A model generated the notes under the pieces. It did not search any database and was not told where the DNA came from. It worked only from the letters and a program-made list of their open reading frames with translations. This document shows, piece after piece, positions 1-10,523 of a stretch of DNA of 64,000 bases. The stretch lies in assembly GCA_934122155.1 (NCBI GenBank), contig CAKOVX010000001.1, positions 109,195 to 173,194 of the forward strand, given 5' to 3'. The translations under genes were made by a program, and so were the position numbers. The first letter of the stretch is position 1. Each line of letters begins with the position of its first letter. The stretch is from an uncultured Clostridia bacterium. GTDB taxonomy: Bacteria > Bacillota > Clostridia > TANB77 > CAG-508.

Positions 1-605
1 CCATTTAATTTGTTATATGCACTCATAACAGACCAAGGTTTTGCTTCTTTTACAAGCATTTCAAATGCTTGTAAATATATTTCTCTTAGAGTTCTTTCAT
101 CTACAACTACATTTATTGTTCTTCTTCTATTTTCTTGGTTGTTTGCAGCGAAATGTTTTACACATGCTCCAACATTATTGCTTTGTAAGCCTTTTACATA
201 TTGCGTAGCCATTATACCTGTTAAATATGGATCTTCTGAAAAGTACTCAAAATTTCTACCTCCAAGTGGAGACCTTTTTATATTTACTCCAGGTCCTAAT
301 ACTATGTTTATATTTTCGCTTTTAGCTTCTTCGCCAAGTGTTTTGCCAAGTTTATATGCAACATCTTTATCCCAGCTATTTGCAATTGTTGCAGATGATG
401 GAAAACATATTGCAACTTCACTTTTATTTACGCCTAAATTATCTCCGTTTTCTCTTTGAACTCTTAGTCCATGTGGTCCATCAGACATTTTTATAGATGG
501 TATACCTAATCTTTCTATATTTTCACTGTTCCAATAGTCTTTTCCTACACATAAGCTGGCCTTTTCTTCTAGTGTCATTTTATTAATTATTTCTTCATAT
601 TTCAT
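1..605 (-). CDS. Glycoside hydrolase family 3 (beta-glucosidase / beta-N-acetylhexosaminidase-like), N-terminal part; gene continues beyond the window start
   Basis: Minus-strand translation from the ATG at 605-603 gives MKYEEIINKMTLEEKASL...KMSDGPHGLRVQ...KHFAANNQENRR, the typical GH3 N-terminal motifs. GAGGT RBS 8 nt upstream. The listed + ORF 10..459 is antisense to this gene. Confidence 0.7.
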   Translation of the reverse strand, partial: MKYEEIINKMTLEEKASLCVGKDYWNSENIERLGIPSIKMSDGPHGLRVQRENGDNLGVNKSEVAICFPSSATIANSWDKDVAYKLGKTLGEEAKSENINIVLGPGVNIKRSPLGGRNFEYFSEDPYLTGIMATQYVKGLQSNNVGACVKHFAANNQENRRRTINVVVDERTLREIYLQAFEMLVKEAKPWSVMSAYNKLN

Positions 606-659
606 ATTTTTTACCTCGTGACTATTATATAATATTTAAAATGTATTTGCAATTTTTTA

Positions 660-688
660 TTGACTTTTTGTAGTATACATAATATAAT
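660..688 (+). promoter_or_regulatory. Sigma-A-type promoter (TTGACT-17-TATAAT) for the GT2 gene
   Basis: TTGACT at 660-665, 17-nt spacer, TATAAT at 683-688, ~50 nt upstream of the ATG at 740. Confidence 0.6.
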
Positions 689-739
689 TGTCTTAACTTC
701 ATTATTTATTTCTATCTAGTTATTAAATGGGGGGATTTT

Positions 740-1603
740 ATGAAATTTAGCATCGTTGTTCCTGCATACAATTCTGAAAAAACTATTCGGAACTGCCTTA
801 ACAGTATCTTGTCTCAAACTTTTAATGATTTTGAAGTGATTGTAATTAACGACGGTTCCAAAGACAGCACGTTAGACATTTTAAGCGACTATGCATATCA
901 TCATAAAAGAATTCATGTTTATAGTTTTAAGAATGCTGGGGTATCAATTGCCAGGCAAAGAGGTGTGTCATTATCAAATGGAGATTATATTGTGTTTGTA
1001 GATGCAGATGATTCTATTAATCATGATTTACTGCAAAATCTTTATTTTGCAATTTGCACTTCTAATCAGCCTGAGGTTATTCGCTTTCAGGCAAATTTAG
1101 TAGATGATTCCAGTTACAAAGACCATCAAAGGTATAATTTTTTTGATGCCACTAAAACAACATTGACTGGAATGTCCGCTTTAAAGCACTGGTCTGTCCC
1201 TGGTAAAAAGTATGCTGTTTATTGGATATTTGCATTTAAGAAAACGGTTTTTAATGACATTTTATTTTTTCCACATTTAAAATGCTATGAGGACATAGCT
1301 CTAATACCTGTATTAATTGCAAAATCTGATAGAGTAGTAACCCTCAATTATGTTGGGTATAATTATACCTGTAATAACCCTGATAGTTTGACAAATACCA
1401 GAAGTATAGAAGCCGAAAGATCTAGGGCTATTGATTTTGTTAAAGCATACAATTATGCTGTTGGCAATATCACTAAGCTTGATAATATTTCTTCTTTAGA
1501 GTTTGCTTTTTTTGTTGAAGATTATAACAAACGTCTTCAAGCAAAATTTCAATCTTTAAGTGAAGATTTAAAGGCTGAACTTGCTCCTCTATTTGGCATT
1601 TAA
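740..1603 (+). CDS. Glycosyltransferase family 2
   Basis: N-terminus MKFSIVVPAYNSEKTIRNCLNSILSQTFNDFEVIVINDGSKDST and a DAD motif (VFVDADDS) are typical of GT-A fold GT2. Confidence 0.8.
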   Translation: MKFSIVVPAYNSEKTIRNCLNSILSQTFNDFEVIVINDGSKDSTLDILSDYAYHHKRIHVYSFKNAGVSIARQRGVSLSNGDYIVFVDADDSINHDLLQNLYFAICTSNQPEVIRFQANLVDDSSYKDHQRYNFFDATKTTLTGMSALKHWSVPGKKYAVYWIFAFKKTVFNDILFFPHLKCYEDIALIPVLIAKSDRVVTLNYVGYNYTCNNPDSLTNTRSIEAERSRAIDFVKAYNYAVGNITKLDNISSLEFAFFVEDYNKRLQAKFQSLSEDLKAELAPLFGI

Positions 1604-1606
1604 AAA

Positions 1607-1646
1607 ATGAATTGAGTGCTTCTTAGCACTCAATTCATTTTTTTAT
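1607..1646. terminator. Bidirectional rho-independent terminator between convergent genes
   Basis: Perfect hairpin AATGAATTGAGTGCT/AGCACTCAATTCATT flanked by A-run and T-run. Confidence 0.75.
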
Positions 1647-1654
1647 TAATATTA

Positions 1655-3136
1655 TTATTCTCCTAACATTTCGTCTATTTTCTCTTTAGCATTGTTTACT
1701 GAAGTAGCTGTTGGTACCATTACATATAGTTTTGTACTTCCCATTGAATATGTTGATGAACTTGCACCTGTACCTGTTAAAGAATTTGATTTTATTGTCC
1801 ATGAAGACATGTTATTTATTTGGTCTTTTACCAATCTGCTAATATCTTCTTGCTCCATGTTAGTTTGAAAACTTTCTTTTAATGAATCTAAAATGTCTGT
1901 ATATTTTGTTAATAATGTTGTACTATTTAATACTTTCTTCATAATAGCTTCAATAACATGTTGTTGGTTTTTAACTCTTTGATTATCACCTGCATTAAAT
2001 GCATATCTTTCTCTACTAAATGATAATGCTTCTTGTCCATTTAGATGATTATATCCTTTATTAAAAGAATATGGATCATAAGTAGACTTAAATGTATAAT
2101 CAGAATATACATCAACACCACCTAATGTATCAACTAATTTAATTACAGTTGTAAAGTTTACTCTAACATAATAGTTTATTTCAGTATCTAGTAAATCTTC
2201 TACTGTTTTAACTGTTTCATTTACACCATATATTCCAGAATGTGTTAATTTATCTTTTGCTCCATAACTATGAAGTGTAACATAATAGTCTCTTGGAATT
2301 GATGTTAATAATACTTCATGTGTTTTAGTATTTACAGTAGCAAGAATATTAGCATCACTTCTTGATACATTGCTTATACTTCCTGATGTATCTATTCCAC
2401 TAATATATACATTAAACTTTCCACTCTTCACATTATATTTTGATGTTGTTTCTTCCACCTTTGTGTTTGTACTTGTTTGCAACTCATGTTTTTCTGTATA
2501 TATAATTTTTGTGTTTGCTTTAAAATCTTTTAATTCATCAGAAATCATACTATATTGAGTTGAGCTTACTAAAATAATATCAATATCTTTTTGTAGCAAT
2601 TCATTACCTACGTCTTTTAAGTTATCCTTTGTGTTAAATGTAACTTTTATTTTGCTTGATATTTTGGTTTTAACATCATCTGCAACTTGAAACATATATA
2701 CATCTTTGTTTGATATGTCTTCTATTTTATTGTATGAACTATCTTTTCTTACAACAATATAATAGTCCTCAGTTTCTGCTACCTCTTGAAATACATTACC
2801 TAAAAAGCTAGTTGTTGCTAGTGCATATTTTGTTACATATAAATATATTCCTGAAACAAACAAAATGATTATAAAACATAGTACAGTTAGCTTATAGGTT
2901 TTATGTCTTTTTAGCAAACCAATTACCATTGCTAGTGTAAAAACTATTTCAGCCATTGTAAATATTGTAATAATCCATCCAGGTAATAAGTTCATTTTTA
3001 ATATTGAAATATAAAAAATTATTGTAATTACAACATATGCAAATGCTATTAATTTAAAAAACACATTTAAGTTTTTGTTTCTTTTTTTGCCTTTTGTGCT
3101 TGTCTCTTCTGATTTCATTCTTCTTCCTTGTGCCAT
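1655..3136 (-). CDS. LytR-CpsA-Psr (LCP) family polysaccharide-to-peptidoglycan ligase, last gene of the polysaccharide operon
   Basis: N-terminal basic region plus TM helices; the extracellular domain has LCP motifs (ISGIDTSG..., RSDANILATVN, TSIPRDYYV, GYNHLNGQEALSFSRERYAF). Confidence 0.8.
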   Translation of the reverse strand: MAQGRRMKSEETSTKGKKRNKNLNVFFKLIAFAYVVITIIFYISILKMNLLPGWIITIFTMAEIVFTLAMVIGLLKRHKTYKLTVLCFIIILFVSGIYLYVTKYALATTSFLGNVFQEVAETEDYYIVVRKDSSYNKIEDISNKDVYMFQVADDVKTKISSKIKVTFNTKDNLKDVGNELLQKDIDIILVSSTQYSMISDELKDFKANTKIIYTEKHELQTSTNTKVEETTSKYNVKSGKFNVYISGIDTSGSISNVSRSDANILATVNTKTHEVLLTSIPRDYYVTLHSYGAKDKLTHSGIYGVNETVKTVEDLLDTEINYYVRVNFTTVIKLVDTLGGVDVYSDYTFKSTYDPYSFNKGYNHLNGQEALSFSRERYAFNAGDNQRVKNQQHVIEAIMKKVLNSTTLLTKYTDILDSLKESFQTNMEQEDISRLVKDQINNMSSWTIKSNSLTGTGASSSTYSMGSTKLYVMVPTATSVNNAKEKIDEMLGE

Positions 3137-3156
3137 TAATTTTCCTCCTTTAAAGG

Positions 3157-4452
3157 TTATCTTCCAATAGAGTAATATTCTACTCCTGCTTTCTTCATAT
3201 CTTCTAAGTCATATATATTTCTTCCATCATATACTAGTGGAGTTTTCATTAACTCTTTATATGTTTTTGGTTTTACAGCCTTTATTTCATTCCATTCAGT
3301 AAATATAAAGCATACATTTGCATCTTTTAGTGCATCTTCTGCATTACTTACATATATAATTTGATCTGGATATTTCTTTTTAAAGTTATCTATTCCAACT
3401 GGGTCATATGCATAAATTTTAGCGCCTTGTTTTAATAATAATTCTACATTATCTAGTGATGGTGCTTCTCTTAAATCATCTGTACCTGGTTTAAATGTCA
3501 AACCTAAAACTGCAACCTTAAGCCCATTAAATGTAATAAGTCTATCACTTGCTTTTTTATATAATTTTGTTTTTTGTGCTGTATTTACATCAACTGCTGC
3601 TTCAACAGTTTTTAATGTATATCCATATTGTTTTGCTAAATATTTTAAAGCTTTAGTATCTTTTGGGAAGCAGCTTCCGCCATAACCAATACCAGCTCTT
3701 AAAAAGTTAGCTCCTATTCTATCATCATATTTCATCCCTTCAGCAACATCTTCAATGTTTGCGCCAACTAATTCGCAAAGGTTTGCAATATCATTCATAT
3801 ATGAAATTTTTAAAGCTAAAAAGTCATTTGAAGCATATTTTATCATTTCTGCACTTCTTCTATTTACAGAAACTATTGGTAAATCAAATGGTTTATATAT
3901 TTCCATTAATTTTGCTTCAGCTTCTTTGCTTTCTGTTCCTATTACTATTCTCTTTGCTTGTAGAGTATCCCTTACAGCTGTACCTTGTGCTAAAAACTCT
4001 GGGTTACTTGCAACTTCTACCTTTATATTTTTATTTGGTAGAGAATCTTTTATAAATTGTTCTACTTTGTCATTTGTTCCAATTGGAACTGTAGATTTTA
4101 CAACAACTAGGCAATCATGCTCAACAGATTCTGCAATTTGTCTAGAAACTGTTGCAACATAAGTAAGGTTTGCAGAACCATCTGGTTGCTCTGGTGTTCC
4201 AACTCCTATAAATATTGCATCTGCATCTTTATATGCACTTTTATAATCTGTTGTATAATCAATTCTTCCCTCTTTATAATTTTTTTGCATTAATTCTTCT
4301 AGGTCTTGTTCATATATTGGTGACTTTCCACTTTTCATCATCTCAACTTTGTTTTCATCAACATCAACGCAAACTACGTTATGTCCTTTTTCTGCAAAAC
4401 ATACTCCTGCTACTAATCCTACATATCCTGTTCCAGCTACTGCTATTTTCAT
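3157..4452 (-). CDS. ugd: UDP-glucose 6-dehydrogenase
   Basis: MKIAVAGTGYVGLVAGVCFA Rossmann N-terminus and GGSCFPKD catalytic-cysteine motif of the UDP-glucose/GDP-mannose dehydrogenase family. Confidence 0.85.
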   Translation of the reverse strand: MKIAVAGTGYVGLVAGVCFAEKGHNVVCVDVDENKVEMMKSGKSPIYEQDLEELMQKNYKEGRIDYTTDYKSAYKDADAIFIGVGTPEQPDGSANLTYVATVSRQIAESVEHDCLVVVKSTVPIGTNDKVEQFIKDSLPNKNIKVEVASNPEFLAQGTAVRDTLQAKRIVIGTESKEAEAKLMEIYKPFDLPIVSVNRRSAEMIKYASNDFLALKISYMNDIANLCELVGANIEDVAEGMKYDDRIGANFLRAGIGYGGSCFPKDTKALKYLAKQYGYTLKTVEAAVDVNTAQKTKLYKKASDRLITFNGLKVAVLGLTFKPGTDDLREAPSLDNVELLLKQGAKIYAYDPVGIDNFKKKYPDQIIYVSNAEDALKDANVCFIFTEWNEIKAVKPKTYKELMKTPLVYDGRNIYDLEDMKKAGVEYYSIGR

Positions 4453-4478
4453 AATTTACCTCCTAAAACTAATTTGTT

Positions 4479-5453
4479 TTATAAATACAAATCTTTATTT
4501 ATTTTATACCATTTTACAAAATTTTCAATACCTTCTTTAAAAGAAGTTTTTGGTTCATAACCTATTAGCTCTTTTGCCTTTGATACATCTGCAAAAGTTC
4601 TTTCAACATCACCTGGTTGCATAGGTAATTGATTTATTTTTGGTTCTTTTCCTAATGCTTCTCCAATTGTTTGTATCATTTCTTTTAATGTTACTGGTGA
4701 TGAATTTCCTAAATTTAAAATTTCATAAACATTTGAATTGTTTTCAACATAGCTTATTGATTTAATTACTCCGTCTACAATGTCATCAATATATGTATAA
4801 TCTCTTGATGTTGAACCGTCTCCAAACATGGGTATTTCTTTATCTTCTAACATTAATCTTGTAAATTTATTTATTGCTAAGTCAGGTCTTTGCTTTGGAC
4901 CATATACTGTAAAAAATCTAAGCATTATAACATTAAAATCAAATAATTTATGATATACATGTGTCATAACTTCATTTGCTTTTTTAGTTGCCGCATATGG
5001 GCTAATTGCAAAATCCACTATCATATCTTCTTTAAATGGTACTGTTTTACAGTTACCATATACACTACTAGATGATGCCATTACCAAATTAGTAATATTA
5101 TGTTTTTTCATTTCTTCTAATATGTTTTGAGTTCCAACACAGTTTACCTCTTGATATAACACTGGATTTTCAATTGATGGTCTAACACCTGCCATTGCAG
5201 CTAAATGTATAACCACATCAATTTTATTTTCATTAAAAACTTCTTTTACAGCTTGTCCGTCTCTAATATCTGTTCTATATAATTTAAAGTTGTCATTTTT
5301 ACTTAGCTCTTTTACATTATTTTCTTTTATGCTTGGATTGTAAAAATCACAAAAGTTATCTATTCCTACAACATTATTTCCTTCTTTTAATAATCTTTCT
5401 GCTAAACTAGATCCAATAAATCCAGCAGCACCTGTAATTAAGTATGTTTTCAT
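4479..5453 (-). CDS. NAD-dependent nucleotide-sugar epimerase (short-chain dehydrogenase/reductase family), probable UDP-glucuronate 4-epimerase
   Basis: ITGAAGFIGSSLAERLL glycine-rich motif and an YxxxK-type fold; sits directly downstream of ugd. Likely start is MKTYLITG (5453), giving a 4-nt overlap with the upstream gene. Specificity is inferred from context. Confidence 0.65.
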   Translation of the reverse strand: MKTYLITGAAGFIGSSLAERLLKEGNNVVGIDNFCDFYNPSIKENNVKELSKNDNFKLYRTDIRDGQAVKEVFNENKIDVVIHLAAMAGVRPSIENPVLYQEVNCVGTQNILEEMKKHNITNLVMASSSSVYGNCKTVPFKEDMIVDFAISPYAATKKANEVMTHVYHKLFDFNVIMLRFFTVYGPKQRPDLAINKFTRLMLEDKEIPMFGDGSTSRDYTYIDDIVDGVIKSISYVENNSNVYEILNLGNSSPVTLKEMIQTIGEALGKEPKINQLPMQPGDVERTFADVSKAKELIGYEPKTSFKEGIENFVKWYKINKDLYL

Positions 5454-6544
5454 ACAACCTCCCATTTTTTATATAACTTTGTTTGTTTTATTTTTGTTAC
5501 TAGTTTGTCATATGCCTTATATACTAGAGGCAATAGATTTCTTTCTATAATATATTTTCGAAGTAATTCAATAATTGTACATATTATATATGTAATAGCT
5601 ATACTACCCAACGCATGTAAAATTAGTATTGGTTTATTATAAAATAAACTATTTTTTAATATCTTTTCCCATAAAAACGGTCTTACATATGTATTTTCAT
5701 GTATTAAATATACTCCAAATGTTGCACTTGCTATAATATTTATAGCTGTACTCTGTATGTTAATGTCCTTGAAATGTAGTACCAGCATTACTGAACACAT
5801 TATAGTTGGTAATGAGTATAATGAAATAAAGTGATCCATATAGTTTGTAAATTTTACTTCAAAAATCAACTGTGTAGCAAATATAAGCAAATAACTTATT
5901 ATAGCTACCACTAAGCTATACTTGAACTTTTTTTCCTTATAATATGTACTTATATATGCTCCTAATATATACAAAAATACAAATACAAACAAATTATTAA
6001 TTCCTCTATTTACATGTAACAAAGTTATAACTATTCCACATGATAATATGCCCATAATTATTAGTAGTTTTTCAACTTCTTTTTTCTTCAAACTATTAAA
6101 AAGCTTATTAATATATGGACTTACTAGATATAAAATGCAATATGCAGTCATAAACCAGTAGACTGAAAATGTTGTTGGAAAACACATCTTTATAAATCCT
6201 TTTAAGCCTATCCAACCATTTATTGATATATTTATTATACCGAATATTACCGTATAAAACACAACTTGTAATATTATTTTTAACAGTTTTTTAAAATTAA
6301 ATTCCGACTTTATTCCAAAGTATCCAGCAATTAGAATAAATATTGCTACTCCTATTTTTCCGCCAATAATTAGAAAATCTAATATAGCATTATTTAAACT
6401 TAATCCTGGTGTTTTGTTCCATTCTCCGTATAAGCAATAATGATGCGCTATAATCATTATCATTGCTAATATTCTTAATAATTCAATATTTGATTTTCTG
6501 TTAGATTCTTTCTCCATCTTATTCATTATAGATAATCCTTCCAT
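5450..6544 (-). CDS. Acyltransferase family 3 (membrane O-acyltransferase)
   Basis: Multi-TM protein with the N-terminal LRILAMIMIIAHH motif typical of acyltransferase_3 / OatA-like enzymes. Confidence 0.7.
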   Translation of the reverse strand: MEGLSIMNKMEKESNRKSNIELLRILAMIMIIAHHYCLYGEWNKTPGLSLNNAILDFLIIGGKIGVAIFILIAGYFGIKSEFNFKKLLKIILQVVFYTVIFGIINISINGWIGLKGFIKMCFPTTFSVYWFMTAYCILYLVSPYINKLFNSLKKKEVEKLLIIMGILSCGIVITLLHVNRGINNLFVFVFLYILGAYISTYYKEKKFKYSLVVAIISYLLIFATQLIFEVKFTNYMDHFISLYSLPTIMCSVMLVLHFKDINIQSTAINIIASATFGVYLIHENTYVRPFLWEKILKNSLFYNKPILILHALGSIAITYIICTIIELLRKYIIERNLLPLVYKAYDKLVTKIKQTKLYKKWEVV

Positions 6545-7947
6545 CCATCTGTTGCTTTAAAATGCTTATTATATTTTTTCATATCTTTTACAAGTCCATT
6601 TTCGTTGTAAACATTAAATTTATTGTCTGCAGATATCTTTAATTCTTTTAGTTTATATCCATTTTCTATATACTTTATCTTTTGGGGATCAAATCCCATA
6701 ATTTGTGCAATTACATAATCATTATTTAATTGGTTAAATCCTGCCACAACTAATCCAACTTTTTTATCGCTTGGAAGCAATGGTCCTTCTTTTTCTCCTG
6801 AAATTATCATATCACAAATATTGAATATTTTTCTTTGTGGAATATCTGTTAAAATTCCATTTTTATCTGTATAAATAATTAGTTTATTTAAGTCTAATAT
6901 AGTTCTCCATATAGTATCATTTCCATACCATGATCCTTCTCTAAATCTTCCTTTGCCTAGCTTGTTCATGATAAATGATACACATTTTCTGATAAAATTA
7001 ATAATTGGATTGTGTTTATATGTATATTTAGATAGCCATGAAAAAATATTTTTTATAAAATCATTTTCTGGGAATTCATCTCCATTTTTGTTTGGCCCCC
7101 CTGTTCTATGATGTGGTAAACACTCTTTGTTACCATTTATTCCAACAAAATTTTTCATACATGCAGTCATTCCTGCTTTTCTATGTGTTTTAGGTTTTGG
7201 CATATTTATTATTACATCTGCATTTAAAACATCTTTTGGTACTATATACTCATGCGTAGTTCCAGTATGATGTGCGTTCATTAATTTTAAATCATAATTT
7301 GTAATTGAATATTCTTTTTCCATATTATCTAGTTCAGAAAATGAACTTTTTTCATTTATTTTTACTGTTACACATTCTACTTCTGCATTTTGATTTTTTC
7401 TAAAATCCATAAGTTTGATTTTGGGATAAATTTCTTTGTATTTTTCTATACTTTCTTCCAAATTATTGATAAGCTTTATCTCATTAAAATCACAATCTTG
7501 AACTGGTGCATCACCAACTATAATGCTACCAGTACCATTTAGTGCTAATATAGCATAATCAATTACCGGACGTATTAATGAAAAATTTGTAATCATACAG
7601 TCTATTGTTCCTTTTGGATTAATATGACTAACAAAGTTTGGTTTTATTAAAACATTATCATTTTCTTTTATAAAATCTCTAAAAGGATTCCATTTGCTTG
7701 TTCCTATATTCTCTTTATCTAATTTCATATTTACAAAAAGTTGTCTAATATCATCATATATTCTATTATCACTTTTTATTTTTACAATTATGTTCTTTAA
7801 TTCGCTATATTTTTCACTTGGGGTAAAAATTATATTATGATAATTTTCAACAGTATTTTTTATATAAACATTTTCTTTATTCATCTTTTTATTCTTCTTT
7901 CTTAAAAAATTGTCTGGATTCATCTCTATATATAATTGCAAATCCAT
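6526..7947 (-). CDS. DUF362-like domain protein of unknown function
   Basis: VLIKPN and MPKPKTH motifs resemble the DUF362 family. No other recognisable catalytic motif. Embedded in the polysaccharide operon. Confidence 0.45.
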   Translation of the reverse strand: MDLQLYIEMNPDNFLRKKNKKMNKENVYIKNTVENYHNIIFTPSEKYSELKNIIVKIKSDNRIYDDIRQLFVNMKLDKENIGTSKWNPFRDFIKENDNVLIKPNFVSHINPKGTIDCMITNFSLIRPVIDYAILALNGTGSIIVGDAPVQDCDFNEIKLINNLEESIEKYKEIYPKIKLMDFRKNQNAEVECVTVKINEKSSFSELDNMEKEYSITNYDLKLMNAHHTGTTHEYIVPKDVLNADVIINMPKPKTHRKAGMTACMKNFVGINGNKECLPHHRTGGPNKNGDEFPENDFIKNIFSWLSKYTYKHNPIINFIRKCVSFIMNKLGKGRFREGSWYGNDTIWRTILDLNKLIIYTDKNGILTDIPQRKIFNICDMIISGEKEGPLLPSDKKVGLVVAGFNQLNNDYVIAQIMGFDPQKIKYIENGYKLKELKISADNKFNVYNENGLVKDMKKYNKHFKATDGWKDYL

Positions 7948-8022
7948 GGCAGCTAACAGCTATACTGATAGCAACAACATTACATTTTATAAGAAAAATT
8001 TAATTTAAAATATTTTCTTCTA

Positions 8023-9018
8023 TCATTTTTTTACTTTGTCTAAATCAATATAATTTCCTATCTTTGTATTCCATTCTTCTGGAATAAAGTAATTGGATAA
8101 ACCACTTCCATGAAAAAATGTTAATTCTCCAAAATATATTTTTCCATCTATGTTGTACAAATCAACTCTAACATGTGGTATTCCCTTTGATAAATTTTGA
8201 GCTATTTCAACCATTTTACTAAAATTTTTTGGTTTATTAATTTTGGTAGGATAATTGCTTCTTGTTTCTAATACTGGCAACAATTCAAATTTCTCGTCAT
8301 ATACATTTCTATAATATTCTTTAGCATGACCTGTTCCTGTTCCTATTACTCCTATGTCTAAAAACATTAATTTAACTTCACCGTTAAAGCACATAAATTT
8401 ATAGTCTAATAGTCCTTGTTCTTTTTGTAAAGTTTCTGCGTCAATATTTTTTTTATGTTTAGTTTCTATTTTAGTATTACTATCAGCTACTTCCATAAAT
8501 TTTTCTATTATTATTCTTGGTTTCACATCTTTATATGGCCATTCCCTTCCGTGAAAATAAAAATTGTTTTTTAAACTTTTATTTATGATTTTTCGAGCTG
8601 AGTTCAAATCAAGTTTTTTCTTATCCTTACATATTATGATTCCACCACTATCATGCGTACATTTCATTACAAACTTATCTGGAAGTGTATCAAAATTTAT
8701 ATCTTCAAATCTTTCAAAAACTCCAAGTGTTGGTATAATATATTCCTTTCCAATAGTATTTTCTATATATTTTTTTACTTCATATTTATCTACTAAATTG
8801 GTATATTTAGGATTTCTATTATATAGTTTTAACCATTGAAGTTTTTCATTATAATTTTGTGGATTATTCAGGTCCAATTTTTTTCCATATGCAACTCTAT
8901 ACTTTAATTTTAAAAAAGCCTTATCTGACAATATATTAAATATTTTCATATCTAAAATATATATCATAGCATCTTTAGGGCTGTTCAATGCCTTTTTTAT
9001 TTTATTTACTAATTTCAA
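8023..9018 (-). CDS. ATP-grasp fold amidoligase, TupA-like (copy 1)
   Basis: KLQWLKLYNRNP...FVMKCTHDSGG...YKFMCFNGE... matches the teichuronopeptide TupA-like ATP-grasp family. Paralog of 10524..11402. Confidence 0.65.
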   Translation of the reverse strand: MKLVNKIKKALNSPKDAMIYILDMKIFNILSDKAFLKLKYRVAYGKKLDLNNPQNYNEKLQWLKLYNRNPKYTNLVDKYEVKKYIENTIGKEYIIPTLGVFERFEDINFDTLPDKFVMKCTHDSGGIIICKDKKKLDLNSARKIINKSLKNNFYFHGREWPYKDVKPRIIIEKFMEVADSNTKIETKHKKNIDAETLQKEQGLLDYKFMCFNGEVKLMFLDIGVIGTGTGHAKEYYRNVYDEKFELLPVLETRSNYPTKINKPKNFSKMVEIAQNLSKGIPHVRVDLYNIDGKIYFGELTFFHGSGLSNYFIPEEWNTKIGNYIDLDKVKK

Positions 9019-10522
9019 TATTTTTTCTCCTCTTTATTTTATTTTCAACTATGTCAACAATTTCTTTATTATAAACAAATACATTAATAGCGCATATTAC
9101 TATTAAAGATATTATTGCAACTATTATAGCATATATAAAGAAATTCGTATATGTATTATTTAAGTCAAATTTGATTATTCTTGATATTGCGTAAATTAGT
9201 ACTATTTCTATTGTGGCAAAGAATATTTTCTTACTTGTCTCAAAAACGTTTCTTTTTATTATGTTCTTTGACAAGTATATTATTATTTCTAGTGTTCTAG
9301 TTAACGTAGAAATCAATGTTCCTATTGCTACACCAACAATTCCCAACCTAAATACTAATATTATAGATATTAAAATATTTAATATAGTTTCTGTCCAAGC
9401 AAATTTTTCAGTTTGCTTAAAATGGCCGGCAGCTAATACTATATTAAGGTATGGTACTCTTATTGCTGAACTAAACTGTGCAAAAATCATTATATACGCA
9501 AACGCTGGTCTAATGTAATTTACATCATTTATTCCTAATGTATATATTCTGATAAATGGGATCTGTAATGCTAATGTACATGCAAACAGAAATGTAGTAG
9601 TAGAAAAATAAAATAACTCATAGAAATTTAGATTTCTATTTAGCATTCTATAATCTTCTTTTGCAAGCGTCTTTCCAAACCATGCGTCAATTCCACTTGA
9701 TAAAGATGTACATAGTTCCTTAATACTATTTATAATTAACATATGTACTGAATATACTGACACTTCTAGAGGCGTTGACAAAAATGTAAGTATTGCAACG
9801 TCCACAGAGTTATGAACAATTGCTGCTATGTGTTGTGAAAATCCTGCCCACTTGTTTTGTAGGACATGTCCAGCCTTTACTTTTCTTAAATTTATCTTAT
9901 ACTTTCTTTTTACATATATTGTAAGAAAGACTGGAGTAATTAAAAACACCAATGAACTAGCTAATTTTACTGTTTGAATACTAAAGTTATTTAGCACTAA
10001 TACTATAACTATTACTGTATTTAATATTTTACTTATTGTTCTTAGTATAGATACAATATAGTTTTTTTGTATAGCTTGTAAATATATGTTATATGTCATG
10101 CCAAAGAAATACTCAAAAAATGTACTAATTGAAATTATTATTAACAAAGATAATGTAAAACCAATTTCATATTCATGGCTATAAAATTTTGGAAATATTA
10201 TACACAATATAGCTAAATATACTATAAATATTACTGCTATGGTTCTAAAAAAGTTCTCCGCTGTTTTTAGTAATTTCTCAATTTTTTCTTTTTCACAATT
10301 TACAATTGGTTTGTATAGGGCTGCTTTTACAACTGGTGAAATTCCAGCTTCTAATAATGTAATATATCCTAAAAATTGTGTGATTGAAGTAACTATTCCA
10401 TTTACATTTGATCCATATGTAGATAAAATAAGTCTTGGAACTATAAAACCACATATCACTCCTACAATTTGCTGTATAATTGATGACATTATATTTCTTG
10501 TTACGTCATTATTTTTTTTCAT
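9002..10522 (-). CDS. wzx: Polysaccharide flippase (Wzx-like, MOP/MATE superfamily)
   Basis: 506 aa with ~12-14 predicted TM helices, in the typical position within a Wzx/Wzy-dependent locus. Confidence 0.65.
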   Translation of the reverse strand: MKKNNDVTRNIMSSIIQQIVGVICGFIVPRLILSTYGSNVNGIVTSITQFLGYITLLEAGISPVVKAALYKPIVNCEKEKIEKLLKTAENFFRTIAVIFIVYLAILCIIFPKFYSHEYEIGFTLSLLIIISISTFFEYFFGMTYNIYLQAIQKNYIVSILRTISKILNTVIVIVLVLNNFSIQTVKLASSLVFLITPVFLTIYVKRKYKINLRKVKAGHVLQNKWAGFSQHIAAIVHNSVDVAILTFLSTPLEVSVYSVHMLIINSIKELCTSLSSGIDAWFGKTLAKEDYRMLNRNLNFYELFYFSTTTFLFACTLALQIPFIRIYTLGINDVNYIRPAFAYIMIFAQFSSAIRVPYLNIVLAAGHFKQTEKFAWTETILNILISIILVFRLGIVGVAIGTLISTLTRTLEIIIYLSKNIIKRNVFETSKKIFFATIEIVLIYAISRIIKFDLNNTYTNFFIYAIIVAIISLIVICAINVFVYNKEIVDIVENKIKRRKNIEISK

Positions 10523-10523
10523 T

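Noticed and set aside
10-459. 149-aa + strand ORF at the window start
   Set aside because: It is antisense to a well-supported minus-strand GH3 gene with clear family motifs and an RBS; it is low-complexity and hydrophobic with no RBS
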